Assembly (NCBI GenBank): GCA_032718475.1
Contig: JAUCBJ010008380.1
Span: 1 to 64,000, forward strand
Source of the DNA: Nemertoderma westbladi
Lineage: Eukaryota > Animalia > Xenacoelomorpha
Direction: 5' to 3'
Length of the DNA: 64,000 nt
The notes beneath the pieces were generated by a model that saw only the letters and a list, made by a program, of their open reading frames with translations, ran no database searches and had not been told where the DNA came from. Numbering within the stretch: the stretch's first letter is position 1; each line of letters opens with the position of its first letter. A program made the translations under genes and the position numbers. Shown one piece after another: positions 61,001 to 64,000 of the stretch.

Positions 61001-64000
61001 ACTCTCACCAGATGGTGAAACTGAGTTTTTCTCAATCCTGGCTGGCGTACTGCAAGGTGACACATTAGCACCATTACTATTTGTAATTGTGCTGGATTAC
61101 GCAATGAGGACGGCCACAAAGGGTGAAGATCTGGGATTCACACTTCAAGAACGCAGAAGTAGTAGATATCCGGCAACTACAGTCACAGACACCGACTTTG
61201 CGGATGACATCGCCCTGCTCTCTAATACGCTAGCAGATGCACAGCTTCTACTAAATAAAGTGGAGAGGGCTGCTAAGGAGGTTGGATTGCATATAAATGC
61301 TACCAAGACCAAATTCATGACCTTTAATGTTGATGGAAACTTGACAACCATTGATAATAATCAACTAAGGCAGGTTGATGACTTCCAGTACCTTGGATCA
61401 TGGATAGAGAGTAGCAAAAAGGACATAGAAGTTAGGAAAGCAAAGGCTTGGGTAGCTCTATCAAAAATGGATACCATCTGGAAATCAGATCTCTCCAGGC
61501 ACCTGAAGACCAAGTTCTTTCGAGCCACAATTTTTATACGGGGGTGAGACCTGGACACTGACTAAATCACTTGAACAACGAATTGATGGTTGCTACACAA
61601 GACTACTAAGGGCAGCCCTAAACATCAGCTGGAGACAACACATGACAAACGCCGAGCTTTATGGTACAATACCACCTGTATCAACCACCCTCCGTGAACG
61701 CAGATTAAGATTCAGTGGGCACTGCTGGCGAAGTAAAGACGAGGTCATACCAGATCTACTTCTCTGGCAACCAACTCATGGAAAGCGTAGTCGTGGACGA
61801 CCTGCCATAACATATATAGATCAACTTGAAAGGGATACTGAACTTGGGAGAAACGAAATTGCGACAACTATGGAGAATCGGGAAGCCTGGAAGGATCTCA
61901 TTTCCACTGTCCGAGTTCGCTCGACCTAGTAGTAGTAGTACACCCCCCCCCCCCATGCTATCTTCCCGGTGAGAAGATAGCATCAACCTTAAGTGCGCTT
62001 CAATTCCGCTGGAATCCAATCTAGTATTGGACATGTGGTGGAATTTTTTTCTCGGGGTCAGCTTTCCAGGCTGGCTCCCCTGGGTCTGTTTTCACTACCC
62101 ATCCTTGGTACATCTGCGCGCTAAGCTGTACCAAGGCATCTGGCGTCTCTGTTTTAGACGATCGCCCTCACTCCTCACACAATTTTATGTGCTCATCCTG
62201 CTAGTCCGTTCCTCTCTCATCCCCCTCCACGCTCACTCCCCACGCTTGAATCTCGCACTCTTTACTTTTCTCCTTAACTCTAGCACCTACTCCCCCATGC
62301 TCCCCTGATACTCAACCCCTTGACTCTCACTTTCTAGGCTCTCATTGGGTTCCCACGGTCTCATACACGTATACGTTGTATATAATAAGTGAGTCCCTCG
62401 TCTTATCCCCCTGTTCCAGTCAATTAGTCCCCAGTCCCAGTAGCTAATTGGAAAAGGTTACATCTGACTATTTCATCACCTTTGATGGTTATACCACACT
62501 ACGATTTATTTTATAAATCTTATTTATATTATTTACAATTAGGGTGGGAGTATTTCCATTTTGTCTATAATTCTGGCGCTGCCTCCTAGACACCTTGCTG
62601 TTTTCCCGTTGGTGAATGACGTCAGCGAATAACATCTAGAGCGTCGGTCTAGAACTTCTATCCCCTCCTTTCAGTGCATATGCTCACTTTCTCCTTTGTC
62701 CTCGTTATGGCTTGGACAGCTCCCTGGCATCCCGTCAGTTCTTAATCATGGATGTACTTGCCGCCATGGCTTGAGTGCAGGCGTTATCATCTCTCGATAA
62801 CGTTTCTCTAGTGGTCCCATCAAGTGTCCGTCCTACCCATACCCCTGGTAGCACCCTTGGGACGACCAATTCTGTCTGAATCAGTGTTAAAATCTGGGAT
62901 GGCTCACCCCTTCATATCCTCGCTAACCCATGTAATATGTCCGATACCCCTTTATCATGACTCTCCACTTAGGTTCTATTGTTTATCTGATGCTTGTTGC
63001 TATATAACTAATTCATCACTACTTGCCTACAGAAAAGACTAGCTATAACCCTCCCGTTGCATTGTTATACTAGCTTCCTACCAGACCACTTTCTGGCTCT
63101 GTAGCAATACTCTATCTCTCCACACTGGGCTATGCGCTATAGTAGTCTAGGTTGTGCGGCCTACACAGTCTATCCTACTACGCCTACATATCCCCCTCAA
63201 CTCCTCATGTGGCGCCCTCATTGCCCACTATTGTACGTATTACGTGTTTGTTATTGGTCCCATTGACCCGGCTTGTGCTGCTATTTATTACATATGTTGG
63301 CACATTGTGCCCATCAAACATACACAATGTATACCCCTCCTAATCCTCACTATGGTACTGTGTACCCTTCTACTACAGTATACATACCCCCCCCCCCCCC
63401 CCCTCAACTCCTCACGTGGCGCCCTCAGTGCCCACAATAGTACGAATTACGTTTTTATGGTACTATGTACCCTTCTACTACAGTATGCGTACATACCCCC
63501 CCCCCCCCCCCCCTTCAACTCCTGACCTGGCACCCTCAGTGCCCACAATAGTACTGGTGGTGCGTATGTAAATTAGGTACGTTGGTACATTAGTACCCAT
63601 CCGACGTACGTAATTGTAACTACCTACACCTACATATTATGTACATTGGTACGTCCGTACCCATCAGACGTGCATAATTGTCTACCTAAAGTGTACCTTG
63701 GTACTACTATTTACTACTTATTTTATTTTTATTATTTGTTTATTTTGTTTAATGTGTGGGAAGGGCGTTTTGCCCTCATTCCCACCCCTATCAGTCCAAT
63801 ATATTGGATGACTCAACTAACTTAGGGCATACCCTTCCAATAGGCAACACTTCCCTACCGCCCTCCTGTAGGTCTTCCTATCTTTGGCCCCTATCCTTTC
63901 CTCCGATCCTCACCTCCACGGATCTAATCCTTCCGTCCTCGCCGGGGTAGCATTCAACTACCCTAGCCAGCCTCCAGTGATTGTTGATAATTGTGTCGTC
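58097..64000 (-). mobile_element. BEL/Pao LTR element 3 (3' LTR 58097-59851 with an internal insert, PPT, 3'UTR, pol C-terminus), continuing past the window
   Basis: LTR starts tgtgacgggatcca and ends ggaattgaatccgcttaca, like element 1. 63820-64000 (-) translates to WRLARVVECYPGEDGRIRSVEVR..TYRRAVGKCCLLE (DUF5641). Confidence 0.88.
59880..61940 (+). mobile_element. 5'-truncated RTE LINE family B inserted in the PPT of element 3
   Basis: RT motifs in 59937-61547, frameshift near 61530, C-terminus 61642-61929 (RLRFSGHCWR), (TAG)n tail, TSD-like taca(c)n on both sides. Confidence 0.95.

Overview
This is eukaryotic (metazoan-like), AT-rich, transposon-dense DNA, not prokaryotic. 1-12 kb is a mosaic of truncated elements: RTE tail, hAT, Sola-type, Kolobok-type, CR1-type LINE and an RTE fragment. 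12.2-26.8 kb holds a pol-deleted BEL/Pao LTR element with a second, complete-structure BEL/Pao element inserted in its 3' LTR. 27-35 kb contains a pogo/Tigger transposon and stacked MITEs. 35.8-39.6 kb has two host genes with uninterrupted ORFs (mitochondrial-type glutamyl-tRNA synthetase EARS2, and UBAP1). 41-49.7 kb is an ~8.8 kb array of a 27-bp hairpin satellite. 50-64 kb contains RTE LINEs, a candidate spliced gene start, TIR elements and the 3' end of a third BEL/Pao element. The three most notable signals are: (i) strongly over-represented TACCGGTA/TACAGTA-type motifs that behave like Tc1/pogo excision footprints; (ii) conserved secondary structures around the polypurine tract and in the LTR/3'UTR of two otherwise divergent BEL elements, one of them pol-less but with near-identical LTRs; (iii) a satellite built from a footprint/mini-TIR-like hairpin with only two binary variable sites. 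Family assignments come from motif recognition by eye; no searches were run.
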